From Basidiobolus meristosporus CBS 931.73 (taxonomy: Eukaryota; Fungi; Basidiobolomycota), in assembly GCA_002104905.1 (NCBI GenBank), contig MCFE01000143.1, positions 62,001 to 126,000 on the forward strand: a DNA stretch of 64,000 nt, in the 5' to 3' direction. The notes under the pieces were generated by a model, which saw only the letters and a program-made list of their open reading frames with translations, had not been told where the DNA came from and ran no database searches. Position 1 is the first letter of the stretch. Each line of letters opens with the position of its first letter. Positions 40,301 to 51,862 of this stretch are shown one piece after another. The position numbers and the translations under genes are program-made.

Positions 40301-43099
40301 CCCAGGTAGAGAAAGCAGTATCTTTGCTGCAAAGAAGGAACTCAAGTAGCTTGATGTCACAGCCAAGAATTGAGCCATTTCCTGATGTAACAGCAGAGGA
40401 AGACTGCACAGTCTTTGAAGCACAACAATAGTACCCAAAGATAAAGCCTGCAGAAAAACCTATTACAGTATGGGAGGGAGACAATGTGATGCTTATAACA
40501 AAGCCTAAAAATCAAAAGACATTGAAGATCTGTGAAGACATTGAGTGCAATAATAAAGAGTGGGCCAATATTCAAGAGGCTGTCAGAAGTCTAGCTCACC
40601 ATCACCTTTAGGCTGGCATACCATGGGCCATCAGGAACTCAAAGCCAAGTAGAATGCTCTTGACTTGTTCCATGAGCATCATCCTGGATGCAAACAGGCA
40701 AACAGATATTGGGCTAGCATTGGTATGCTAAGAAAGTGTCTTGAGAGTAGCAGAAACTATTAAAGGCAGAAGAACAAGGGTGCCATGGCTAATAACCAGT
40801 GGCTTCCTCAGGAGCCCATCCCAAGCAGAGCCAAAAGCCCCCAACAAGCATCAAGGAGATGTCAGGTAGCTGGAAGAGTGCCAATAGGGGACAAGCAGGC
40901 AGTCATGGATGCACTAGCACAACATTTGTCAAGGAAAAGGTGTAGTACCACTCAAGAAGCACTCAGTCAAAGTAGAAATGGAGGACTTGAAGGTGATAAA
41001 CACCAGCGGCTTCTACAGGAGCCTGTTGCAACTACAGTTGAGTCCTCAAAACAAGCAGAAAAGAAATATCAGGTTGCCAGAAGAGTGGTGGCAAGGAACA
41101 AGCGGGCTAAAAGAGATGCATCAGAGCAGAACCTATCAAGGAGAAAATGTAGCTCATTACAAGAAGCACTCAGACAAAGTAGTAGTGAAAGACTGGCATT
41201 GATAAAGGAAAAGGTAAAGGAAAAAATTTCTACCCAAGCCTGAGACAGGTAGGCATGCAAAAAAACTGCAGTTCTTGCTAATCAATGCTGCAAGCCTGGC
41301 ACAGAATGAATACCATCATAGCCAAGAAGAATCAGCAACAAGAAAACAGATGTTCTCACAAGAGTTGGAAGCGCAGTCAGTTGAGTTACACTCCAGCTAG
41401 GTGGATGAGTATGCAGAAAATGGCAATTTGTCTACCACAGCCTCTGCATCCTCCACTGCTGACAGAGTGGAGATCCCACTGACAGACATTCTACAATGTC
41501 AAGAACTCAAAAGACTATTGCAATGCCTTCAGTGGAATTTTGCAACATTAATAGGCATACCAGGAGGTAGCAGCACTTCTTCAAAAGCAGTGTGCTAAAA
41601 AACCCCTTGAATATTGCAAGTATTTATTGCAAAGACTGGCAGATGAGGTGCTAGACCTTGCAGTGCTGGCTGAAGACCAGGATGTGTAGGAACTAGTGAA
41701 TCAACATTGGCATAAAACTGTTGGGTTCCCACCAAAGTTGTGGAACCAGAGCATTACAGCAGAGGTACTTATTGAGTAGAGGATTTTGATGGAGTTACTT
41801 GTTGAGCGTGGGGTTGGGCTTAATGTTAGTGGAGGGTATAAGGACTTGTATAGGTCAATACAATGGTGTCCTGATAGGATCACAATCTCTTAGTCACCGG
41901 ACTTTAAATTTGTGATAGCCTTTTGACAGGATCATTACAATAACTTTTTGTAGGGTTCCACATGCAATTTGCACAGTATGGGCCAGACATGTCCATTTGT
42001 GCCTCAACTTTGGAAACCCAAGAGATATTGAATGAGTTTTTGCCTCAGCTAAGTAATGTAATAAGTGATATACTAGTAGAGCTACATGGTTTCCAAGAGC
42101 AATACACACAGGACTCATCAAGGCAACAGTGCCAAAGTATTAGACAGAGGGTGAGTGGGTACCTTGAGTAATCAGAAGGTGACTTCAACAGGAAGAATAC
42201 ATACCAGAAGCAACTGTGTCAAGAGTGCACCAGCATGCCTTGCTGGATTCCTTACCATCCCCTGCAGCATTGGCATGTTGATGCTTGTCAGTCCAATCCA
42301 CACTAACACCCCTCACAAGAGTGCCCCACATTGAGTCAAAATGCATCAGATCAACATTCATTCTTCAGGGCAAAACTACCAGAACCCACTAAACTGCTCA
42401 TTTAGGCACAAGTCCATTGGAGAGGGCCAAGATGAGTCAACCTGTAACATCACATTGAGCTCAGCCATGGGCTGTGCCAACACATCAAGTTGTGCCTGAG
42501 CATGCTGGCACATCTGAACATCAGCAAGTTACTTCTGGTGAACTGACTGACAATGACCCACATGAAGTGCCTCCACCACCAGAGTCTTTGGCAAGTAAAA
42601 GAATGCATCAGCATGTGGCACCTCAGGCTGGTTCTGCTATATTGTCTGGGGCAATTTAGTGCAGCCAAGCTCCAGTATTGTGCTCATTAACTAGGAGGCA
42701 AAATACTGACTACAAGTACACAAGTAGCCAAGATGATTGTGCACAAGGAGGTAGTTCAGGTGTTCAATGTGAATCACTACCAAATTTTTCAGTAGTAATG
42801 CCTGTAAGAAAAAATCTAGGAGAAGATGATACAACCACAGTGAATTGTTGACATTTGTCACAATCCAAATCATGCATTTTTTTTGCAATCTAAATTGAGC
42901 CATTGCAAATCTGTGATCATTAAGTTTTTGTCATAAGTAATATCAAGGTTGTCTTGCATTTGAGACTGTGCCCCTTTATAAACACCCTGCATATTTACAC
43001 ATCATTTGTAACACCAGTGCAGCTATTTAATCTGATTTACATCAACACAACTAGTTGCATGCTTGCTATGACACCAAGTCCAATTACTGAGATCAGGAA

Positions 43100-43707
43100 C
43101 TTACTTGCTCAATGGGCAAAATGAAATATTTGATGATAAATCAGGTAGCTTGTGTGTTGGTCAATGAGCCAATTGGGGGCCAAGAGCTTTAGGATACTTT
43201 TAGACCAATCAACCATTGTCATACTATCTAATTGGAGTGATGGCAACCATAATGGTGAGTATCTGTGTAGTTTATAGTGTGATACACATTTATTTCCATC
43301 CACATTAAAGAAACATATCCAAGTACTGGACTTTACCTACCACAATAACAGTATGTGATTGCCCATGTGATGCAAACATCACAAGTTGGGGTAATTGTCT
43401 GTGCTAACCACATTGTGTCAGATTATGCCATAGTGTGCAAGATTGTCCCACATAGTGCAAAATTGACCAAGAGCAATCCTGCCTACTGGTTGCTACACTA
43501 CCATGCCTGATTGTTCTTTGCAACCACAGATTGCACCACATGCCCTGGAGCAGTACAATGGAACAAGTCTCTTGAGTGTTAGCAATGTTTTCCTCCTGAG
43601 GAGGTGGATTCCTGACAAGTTGAACACCTTGCAATGATCACATTTTCTGATTTGAATATCATGCAGGTCTTAATACATGCTGACATTAGAACAGTCTCTG
43701 GGTCATA
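43100..43707 (-). pseudogene. Relic of a related tnp2 N-terminal region
   Basis: 43600-43707 resembles the YDPETVLMPACVNSC...ARCSTCQE segment at 46048-46389. It is cut off by the next element's terminus. Confidence 0.45.
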
Positions 43708-46700
43708 CTCTATGAAGAATAATCTGGTCCTGCAATAGATTCAATTTAGATCAGCCATCAAGATCCCATCAGGTGACTGTTTCGATACCAGCAGCTTGGA
43801 ATTAATGATCATCTACACAATCTTATGATGGAACCACAATGGTGTTTGGCTAATTTCACCACCAAATAAAGTTAAAAAGCATAACAGTTTTTGAGTGGTT
43901 TTTTGTCAAGCATTGTTGCAGTATTGGTGTGCTCTATAACTGTACAAGTGGATCTAACCAGCCAGTGCATTCAGTTGCCTTATATGGCAAAAAACTTGAC
44001 AGTGTTTTGACAGCCTCATTGCAAGCCTCTGATGGCATTATTATGGTAGTATGGTGGCCTAAAGCTAGCTCTGTAAAATGCTACAGTACCAATTTACTAA
44101 ATGATATTTCCTTTTTCTACCTCACCTTGCACAGTTCATATATTCCACTCTAAAATCATCCCTCTTTATTTGCTTACCCATTACTACTTTGGGTGTTCCA
44201 CATATAGTTCAAATCAAAAAACACTATGGCCACCTGCTTACCAACCTCTACAAGCATGCGCACCTGCTGCAATTGACATACTTCTATCACCTCAACTATA
44301 CAGCTTTTTGATGTGATACTTGCAAAGTTGCCATATACCTTATATCACTGGTAACATATATATCTTGCAAAAATATGCTTGGCTACCACCACTTCTGCCA
44401 TGAATACCTTCAGGAATATTTGCAAAGAACTTTTTGGTATTTAGTCAGTATATTCCTTGTCCCTCCTGGATTCTAGCACCCCTTATAGTTGTGCTCTGGC
44501 TCTTGTTTGTGCCAATTCTGTATTGATTAGTATAGAAATTAGCTTGTGGTCAAGCAAAATCCAGCATTCCCTGGTAGAGTTCTTGTAGTTAAAAATCAAG
44601 TGCTTATTGCACCAAACCCAACTTTGCATTACTTAACAGATTACCCATGCATTGGGGCTGCTTAATGCTATAGACATAGTTGTCTCCATGTGTACATCTT
44701 TATCAGTATTTTCCAACTCTTCTTGGCTGACCTCCATATGCCAACTCATCCCTTCCATGACAGACTTGAGGTAGCATTCTTAATGAGATTGGGATATGGT
44801 AGTACCAGCAACTTGACTAGTCTTCCTATCTTTCTACACATCTGCTCCATAGGAAACTCCCAAAAGGTGAGGCAAGGTCCCATATTTGCAATAAACAAAG
44901 CCAGATGAAGTAGAGAATGGATACAGTAATGACAGAGATCTACACACTTGGCTTTATGTTTGTAGTATAGCTGCTCAAATTCCATCACAAGCTTCTTGCC
45001 CAAAAGCTCTAGGGGCATCAAATCAGCATTGGTGATCCACATCTGAATATATAGTCCTTCAATGTCCACTTATAACTCCCAATGCTTCAATGTACTCCTG
45101 GTAAAAATGACTTCAGAAGGCCACCTGAATAAGCACATATCTAGTTCATCCAGTCCTTGCATTTGTATTGTTGCATATATATATCAATATTGATTGGTGC
45201 TTGTGATCAGTACCTGGGTAGCAGATACTCTGTAATATCTTGCCAATTCTTCAAATTTCTCCAGTATCACAAAGGGCTCATTTAGCTTGAATTACCTCAT
45301 ACAACTTGGTCACCAGTATGGGGATATTGTTGAGCCACAAATTCATTGCTCCCAGGGAAAAGGTTCTGCTCCAACAGATACCCTCTTTCATAAGTGTCTC
45401 TGGTTTCTGATTAATTCCATATGCTGGCTAATGGCTTATAGCTTGCCAACTTTGCTGCAATTGCAGGTTGACTTCTGTACATTTTCTTTGTGCAAAGATG
45501 ATGTTCTTAGTGTTGGTGTTTGGGTAATAAATATGTGTGTGAGTATGGGGTAAGTCCCCTGGATCTCACACATTCAACAGCAATACCATTTATGGTGCCC
45601 AAAAAGCCATCTATTTTGCTAATGGGTGGGGTATTGTTAGTGCAGATAATAATATGCACTTTGAAATGATGGCCGTTTACTGTTATCCTGCTGGAAAGTA
45701 TGCAGAATTCATCCAGCAATGGATACAGGTAGCTATCCAGGTTGGACAGTGATTAAGCCCCATATACCAGTGGGACTACCATCAGATTTCTGCATTGATA
45801 TTGTAAGATAGGTGGCAGATTCAAGTTGTTGAGAAATCAGTGGCCATCAGGATTTGCTGGTAGTGTACTGGTTTAATGAGAATCCATCAAGTGTCATGGA
45901 AAAGACACGGTCATATGTACCTTTAAGTAGCCCTTGCTTCTTATCTGTTTATTATGTTTGCCATTGAATATATTGGATATGTTTGCTCTTGAATGCTACT
46001 GTACTTATAGCTTCACAATATTTTTTGGACTTCATGAGCTTCATTAGTCATGGTATTACTAGAATATATCCAGAGTGCAAACAATGTTTTCCCCCAATGG
46101 TTGTGGATTCCTGACAAGTTGAACACCTTGCAATGGTAGCATTATCTGATGTGAATGCCATGCAGCTGTTAACACATGCTGGCATCAGGACAGTCTCTGG
46201 GTCATATGTTGCCTGCTGCATGATGGTTGTCCACTTGTACCATGTGCATGGCAAGTTGCATCCCTGGATGATTCTGGTAAGAAGTAGTAGTAAATCCACA
46301 AAGCCCCCATTACTGATATTAGTGGAGAAGTGCCACTTCTTTAGCCACAACATCACATCATTCACCACTAGATGGATTACTGGGCTCACTTGACTTCACA
46401 TAGTATTCTTGGCATTCTTTTGCCATGGGTGGTGCTGCATTACATGATGCAATTTAGCCAGGCTCATGCAGGGTACTGTAATTAGAAAAGATAGGCTCAC
46501 AATCCATCAGTGAGCTAGCTTCTTCAGAGCTATTACTCTGCATGCCATATTCAGAATGCTGGGGTGAGACCAAAAGCATCACAAATTCTCCTGACTCAGT
46601 TTATGTAAGGTGACAAGTACAGCCAGGTGCTGTTATAGAAGTATCAAGTGGCCAGCAAGATATTGCAGATACAGTAGTAACAGCTGAATGGTAAAATATG

Positions 46701-46930
46701 ACTTGTGTGGCAAAACACTGGCCTTGATCCTTGTAATACCTCCTAAGCTGTATGTGTGCTTCATGGCTGAAAGGCTTGTTACAATAACCACATGGTCTTT
46801 TTTCTCTTCTCTTATGGTGTTGAATCAAAATAGTCTTGTCCATGGGGCAAACAGTTTGGCACTTAACAATGTAAAGCTGGTTTATCATTTTTTTGTCAAT
46901 ACTAATGTGAATTTAAGACAGTCTGTTATT
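43708..46930 (-). mobile_element. CACTA/tnp2 element, decayed (right end plus transposase)
   Basis: Terminus CTCTATGAAGAATAATCTGGTCC at 43708. Transposase remnants include FWEFPMEQMC (44746-45069) and YDPETVLMPACVNSC (46048-46389). Confidence 0.8.
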
Positions 46931-46934
46931 TGAG

Positions 46935-48192
46935 ACTTTGAACATTGCTGTTGCCTTTGTTTGGTCTTGGGTACCTCCTTTGTTGGTTATCATTGCTTAT
47001 TAAAGCACTGTCTTCTTTCTTCTTATGGCACTTGATTTTCTTAATTCTTTGTCCAGCAGCCTTCCATATACGTAATTTAAGGTCCAATCTTCAGTTCTGG
47101 ACTCTAGGGCTGATACATGACCCTGAAACTTGTCTTTCAGGCTAATCAGGATGATTACTATCATATCTTCATCAGTAGTTGGTACGCCCACAGATTCTAT
47201 TCATCTACCAGCAGGGTAATTCTATTAATTAGATTTTTTATTTCTTCTCCTGGCAGCATCTTTGCAGTAAAGAATTTTTGTCTAAGATACATTTTGTTAG
47301 CAGCTGAACATGACTGATAGGTGTCTTCTAATGCCTTCCAGGCATTCCTTGCCATCTTTGCTCTTGAGCATGTCATGATCACATGACAACCATGAACACC
47401 CATGACAAGTTTCAGCTTCCTAGCTCAATTTCTAAGAGATTCCTTCTGGAACCTTCTACCACCTTCCAGAAAGTTCCTGACCATTCCAAACCCTTGTTAC
47501 ACAATGGAACATTCCATGGAAGCTTCCCACTGTATTTTTCATATTCCAGTACCATATATGGAGATACCATGTCACATGACTTAGGCACATGATCAGGTGA
47601 CTCAATCCATTTCCCCATCCTGACTCAGTGCCTTGCCTTCTATATTATTATCCCCAGCACATTGCTGTGCCTCACCCCACAACCCCATTAGTATTAGCCA
47701 ATATCTCTTGGCATTGGAATAACCAAAAAGTAAATATAGTCCTATCCCCCCTTAAGTATTCCTCAGTTTGATAAACACAGGTCTTGAATAAACAGCCTTG
47801 CCTTAGAAATCCACCTTGCCTTGGAAATCTGCCTTGCCTTGGCAATCCACACCTAAGTCCTTTCCTGGTCCTGCCTTGCCTAGCTCTACTCTCCTGCCTT
47901 GTGTCTATTCATAACAGAGCATGGGATTAGCAATTTGTCTTTAACATTGAGGCAAATAGAGTTAAAGGCACTTTGTTCTTTGTTCTGGTACTTTAAGGCT
48001 TCCTCTCCCATGCTTTTAGGAGGGCATTCTTCTCCCATGACAATATCCCAAAGGCCTCATTCTTGTGGCAGCATCTTCATCTTCACCTTCCACACTTGGT
48101 AGTCAGATCCATCCAACGTTTCAGCAGAGGGGAAAATTCCAGTAATAACAGTAGTAGACATTGCAGAGAGTAGCAGCTTGGAGCTCATATCT
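46935..48192 (-). pseudogene. copia family A copy A4, gag portion with degenerate PBS
   Basis: gag fragments 47000-47403 and 47917-48180 are split by a solo LTR; agatatgagctcc PBS remnant next to the LTR at 48193. Confidence 0.85.
47371..47916. mobile_element. Solo LTR of an unrelated family (F), 5-bp TSD GAGCA
   Basis: 546 bp, TGTCATGA...CATAACA termini, with GAGCA at 47366-47370 and 47917-47921. Contains CCTTGCCTT repeats at ~47795-47880. Confidence 0.85.
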
Positions 48193-48801
48193 TGTTGTAA
48201 TAGTCTTGGAGATATTGGAAGTGATTGGGAGGACAAGTAGATTATGTGGTTTTCACTTAATGATTTATTGAATGTAAAAGTAGTATTTATACTTTTACAT
48301 GATATTGGCATTACAAACATGTAGAATAGGTTAAGGAAGGTCCCAAGAACATGTGTGCAAAGTTTGGGGCTGTTTGGACAACTTTGAGAATTTTCATGTT
48401 GTGGGTACCTGGTATTTTGGTGAAAATATTCTAAGTAAATCCCAACAAGGAATTTGGTCAGTATTCTCTAGGATCTGAAGGTAATGATCTAAGTGACTAA
48501 GTTGGGTGAGTATTTAGGTGGAATTACAAATTTTTACAACAGTATTTAGGTGAAAATATTCTAAGTAAATCCCAACAAGGAATTTGGTCAGTATTCTCTA
48601 GGATCTGAAGGTAATGATCTAAGTGACTAAGTTGGGTGAATATTTAGGTGGAATTACAAATTTTTACAACAGTATTTTGGTGAAAATATTCTAAGTAAAT
48701 CCCAACAAGGAATTTGGTCAGTATTCTTTAGGATCTGAGGGTAATGATCTAAGTGACTAAGTTAGGTGAATATTTAGGTGGAATTGCAAATTTTTACAAC
48801 A
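48193..48801 (-). repeat. Family A LTR shared by A4 and A5, with the terminal 130 bp in three tandem copies
   Basis: TTTTACAACA ends at 48541, 48671 and 48801. PBS remnant on the left, PPT on the right. Confidence 0.92.
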
Positions 48802-48812
48802 CTCCCACTCAG

Positions 48813-50996
48813 CTAAATGTTCATACTGACTAGTCCTAATTTTGACCTAAGATATTCAAACTTGTCTCTGGCTAATGGTTTGGTTAATATGTCTGCAATC
48901 ATTTCATCTGTGGGACAGTAAACTAAGCTAACTAAGTTATTCTCTATAGTTTCACATATGAAATGATGTCTAATATCCATGTGCTTGGTTCTAGCATGAA
49001 AAGTTGGATTTCTACCTAATTGTATACATCCTTGATTATCTTGAAATAAAGTAATAGGCGTTTTTTGACATAGGCCTAAATCTGTAAAAAGCTTTCTTAG
49101 CCACATTGCTTCTTTTGTAGCTTCACAGGCTGCCATATACTCTGCCTCTGTGGTAGAAAGTGCTATGGTTGGTTGCTTTCTTGAATTCCATGAAATTGCT
49201 CCTTTACAGTAAAGAAAGGTGTATCCAGTGGTGGATCTTCTGTCTTCCAAATTTTGTCCCCAATCAGCATCAGAGTATCCCACAAGATCCTGTTCTGAAT
49301 CCTTATAAATGTATCTTAAGCAGATATCAGCAGTTCCTTTTAGGTATCTAAAAATCCGCTTAACTGCTGCAATATGATCAGATCCATAGTTCTGATTATG
49401 TTGGCTGACTACTCCCACTGAATATGAGATATCTGGACGTGTTCCAAGCATGATATACATCAGACTGCTGATCATAGATTGATAAGGAAAGTCAGGGCTT
49501 GAAGATGGCACCAAGCTCTCTTGATTTGGTTGAGTTTTGACCAAGTTAAGGTTTGTCTCCATTGGGGTAGCTGCCGGTTTACAGTCTTCCATTTGGTACT
49601 TCTTTAGTATATCTTGAATATACTTTGATTGGCTTAGGGTAATAGTCTGGGTACTTCTGTCTATGGAGAACTTAATCCCTAAGTAGTAACTAAGTTCTCC
49701 TAAATCAGACATCTTGAACTCCTTAGATAGGCTGGATTTAGTCTCTTCCAATGTTTCTAGGTTATTGGTGGCTATAATAAGATCATCCACATATAGAGCT
49801 AATAGAACTGGATTTGCTCTATCTGGCTTATAGTATATACTATAGTCAGCATTACTTCTTTTGAAACTCAAGGATTCCAAATAAGAATCTATCTTGCAAT
49901 TCCAGGCGCTTGGTGATTGTTTGAGATCATATAGTGACTTTTTAAGCTTGCAGACCAAATGGGGGTTATCTTGGTCAACAAACCCATCAGGCTGGTCCAT
50001 ATACATGTCCTCATCAAGTTCTCCATTCAAAAATGCAGTTTTTACATCCATTTGATGAATAAAAAACTTATATTTGGCTGCAATAGCCAATATTAATCTG
50101 ATGGAATTAAACTTGGCTACTGGTGCAAAGGTCTCAGTATAGTCAAGTCCTTTTGTTTGAGAGTATCCTTTGGCTACAAGTCTTGCTTTGTATCTTTCAA
50201 TTGTACCATCAGCCTTGTATTTTGTCTTGAAGACCCATCTGCATCCAATTGATTTTTGGTTGATTGATAATTTGACTAAGTCCCAAGTTTGAATTTCCAT
50301 CAGGGCCTGATATTCCTCAGTCATTGTAGGTCTCCAAAACTTTGTCTGAGGGCTATTTAGGGCCTCTTTTACAGTCTGGGGTTCATCAACATGGACTGAA
50401 TAGGCATAGGCTAAGTTTGTACCCTCATTGATATAGTAATTTGGACTATTTCTTGTCTGATTGGATCTCAGGGCATTTGATACTGGAATGATCACTTCTG
50501 GGATATTCCTGGGAACTGATTCTGGCTGAACCATGGTTGTAGAGTCCTCTGGAGTGAAAAAATTTTCATTGTTTTGCTCTGATTCAACCCTGATAATTGG
50601 TGGACTTGAGATCAGATTTTTGTCATCATCTGATGTCATTTTTTGTGAAAATTTTGAATTTTCATCAAACAACACATCCCTGGACTTGATCAGCTTCTTT
50701 GCTTTGGTATTGTAGAGTCTGTATGCCTTACTCTCATTGCAGTAGCCCAAAAATATGCATTTTACACTTTTTGGCTCAAATTTTGACTGATTTCCAGCCA
50801 GTTTTTTGGCATATGCTGTACACCCAAATATTCTTAGATGTTCTGCACTTGGTCTGTATCCATACCATGCTTCAAATGCAGTAGAATCATGAAGTAGTCT
50901 GTTATAACTCCTATTTTTAAGGTATACAGCAGTGGCAACTGATTCCACCCAAAAATCATAGGATAATTTTTGATCATGGATCATAGATCTTGCCAT
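48813..50996 (-). CDS. copia A5 integrase C-terminus-RT-RNase H (727-aa open frame)
   Basis: RYKARLVAKGY, HQMDVKTAFLNG, YVDD, YSDADWG and ADILTKPL motifs. Confidence 0.9.
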   Translation of the reverse strand: MARSMIHDQKLSYDFWVESVATAVYLKNRSYNRLLHDSTAFEAWYGYRPSAEHLRIFGCTAYAKKLAGNQSKFEPKSVKCIFLGYCNESKAYRLYNTKAKKLIKSRDVLFDENSKFSQKMTSDDDKNLISSPPIIRVESEQNNENFFTPEDSTTMVQPESVPRNIPEVIIPVSNALRSNQTRNSPNYYINEGTNLAYAYSVHVDEPQTVKEALNSPQTKFWRPTMTEEYQALMEIQTWDLVKLSINQKSIGCRWVFKTKYKADGTIERYKARLVAKGYSQTKGLDYTETFAPVAKFNSIRLILAIAAKYKFFIHQMDVKTAFLNGELDEDMYMDQPDGFVDQDNPHLVCKLKKSLYDLKQSPSAWNCKIDSYLESLSFKRSNADYSIYYKPDRANPVLLALYVDDLIIATNNLETLEETKSSLSKEFKMSDLGELSYYLGIKFSIDRSTQTITLSQSKYIQDILKKYQMEDCKPAATPMETNLNLVKTQPNQESLVPSSSPDFPYQSMISSLMYIMLGTRPDISYSVGVVSQHNQNYGSDHIAAVKRIFRYLKGTADICLRYIYKDSEQDLVGYSDADWGQNLEDRRSTTGYTFLYCKGAISWNSRKQPTIALSTTEAEYMAACEATKEAMWLRKLFTDLGLCQKTPITLFQDNQGCIQLGRNPTFHARTKHMDIRHHFICETIENNLVSLVYCPTDEMIADILTKPLARDKFEYLRSKLGLVSMNI

Positions 50997-51058
50997 ATCA
51001 ATTATTGATCTGTTAGCTTGTTCTGCTACTCCATTTTGCTGTGGGGAGTATGGTACGG

Positions 51059-51862
51059 TGTGGTAGGGTAAACATACCTCCCACAGACAAGTTTATTCAT
51101 ATAGTCATTATGATATACTTATCCATATTTTATCTTATTAGTATTATCCCATTCTTCTTTTGCCCATATTATCAGTTTTATCCCCATATGATGTTTACCC
51201 TGATTAGTTATTAGCATTAGTTATCCCAGATGTTATTCAGCTTTGTGATCAGTAGATGTATCTATATAAGGCAAGTACCCGCGTCAGTACCTGTGACACA
51301 TGTCCTAGGTCTGTGTTACCATCCCTACCATTTCAATACCATATATGGTATTTCTATGTTGCACAGGTTTCAGACTACTGATTCCTGATTGGTTGAGAGT
51401 GCTGTGCCTTTTAGAACCTTCCAGGACATTCTTGGCATATTTTTAGCTCATGGTGATGTCATCAAGAATTCCACTGATACCTAGAATCTTCTAGAACCGT
51501 GTCATTAGTAATCACTTGGCAATCAGAAAAAGTATTTAAGGGAAAACAATCCCTCATCAATAAATCATCCCTTCTATCAGTAACACTTCTGCCTTATTGA
51601 TTAGCAGTTGATCACTGCACCTGCCTTCAACAGTACATCTAAGACCTGCCATCAAGGAGCTTTTCAGGGTAGTGCACAAGACACACAGAGGCCTTTGGAG
51701 ACACTTGGAGCACCTAGGAAGCTAAAGAAGCAGGAGCTTTTACCATAGTGACATATTGACAAAGACACCAGCAGTTTAGACACAGAGGTTATTGCACCCA
51801 TCAGACACCTCACACACCTTGAGTTGTGTAGCTTCTCCCAGGAGTACCTCTACACCACCACA
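51059..51862 (+). mobile_element. Solo gypsy-type LTR (family C, related to B at its 3' end), 4-bp TSD ACGG/ATGG
   Basis: 804 bp, TGTGGT...ACCACA. The last ~70 bp resemble the B LTR end. The host integrase sequence tatggt-acgg-tagtctc is restored on removal. Confidence 0.88.

Larger units (their letters stand above)
27212..42700 (-). mobile_element. Outer CACTA/tnp2 element (right end 27212-27545; resumes at 37371 after the copia A3 insertion)
   Basis: The sequence ...gacatact/ctatcacctcaact... is split by the A3 LTRs and is contiguous in the copy at 44275. tnp2 remnants lie at 37400-39720 (minus) and ORF2 remnants at 39838-41600 (plus). The left end was not identified, so that coordinate is approximate. 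Confidence 0.7.

Noticed and set aside
48412-48801. 130-bp and 24-nt periodic repeats as CRISPR-like arrays
   Set aside because: There are no unique spacers and no cas genes, and the context is eukaryotic. The repeats are LTR ends and coding repeats.
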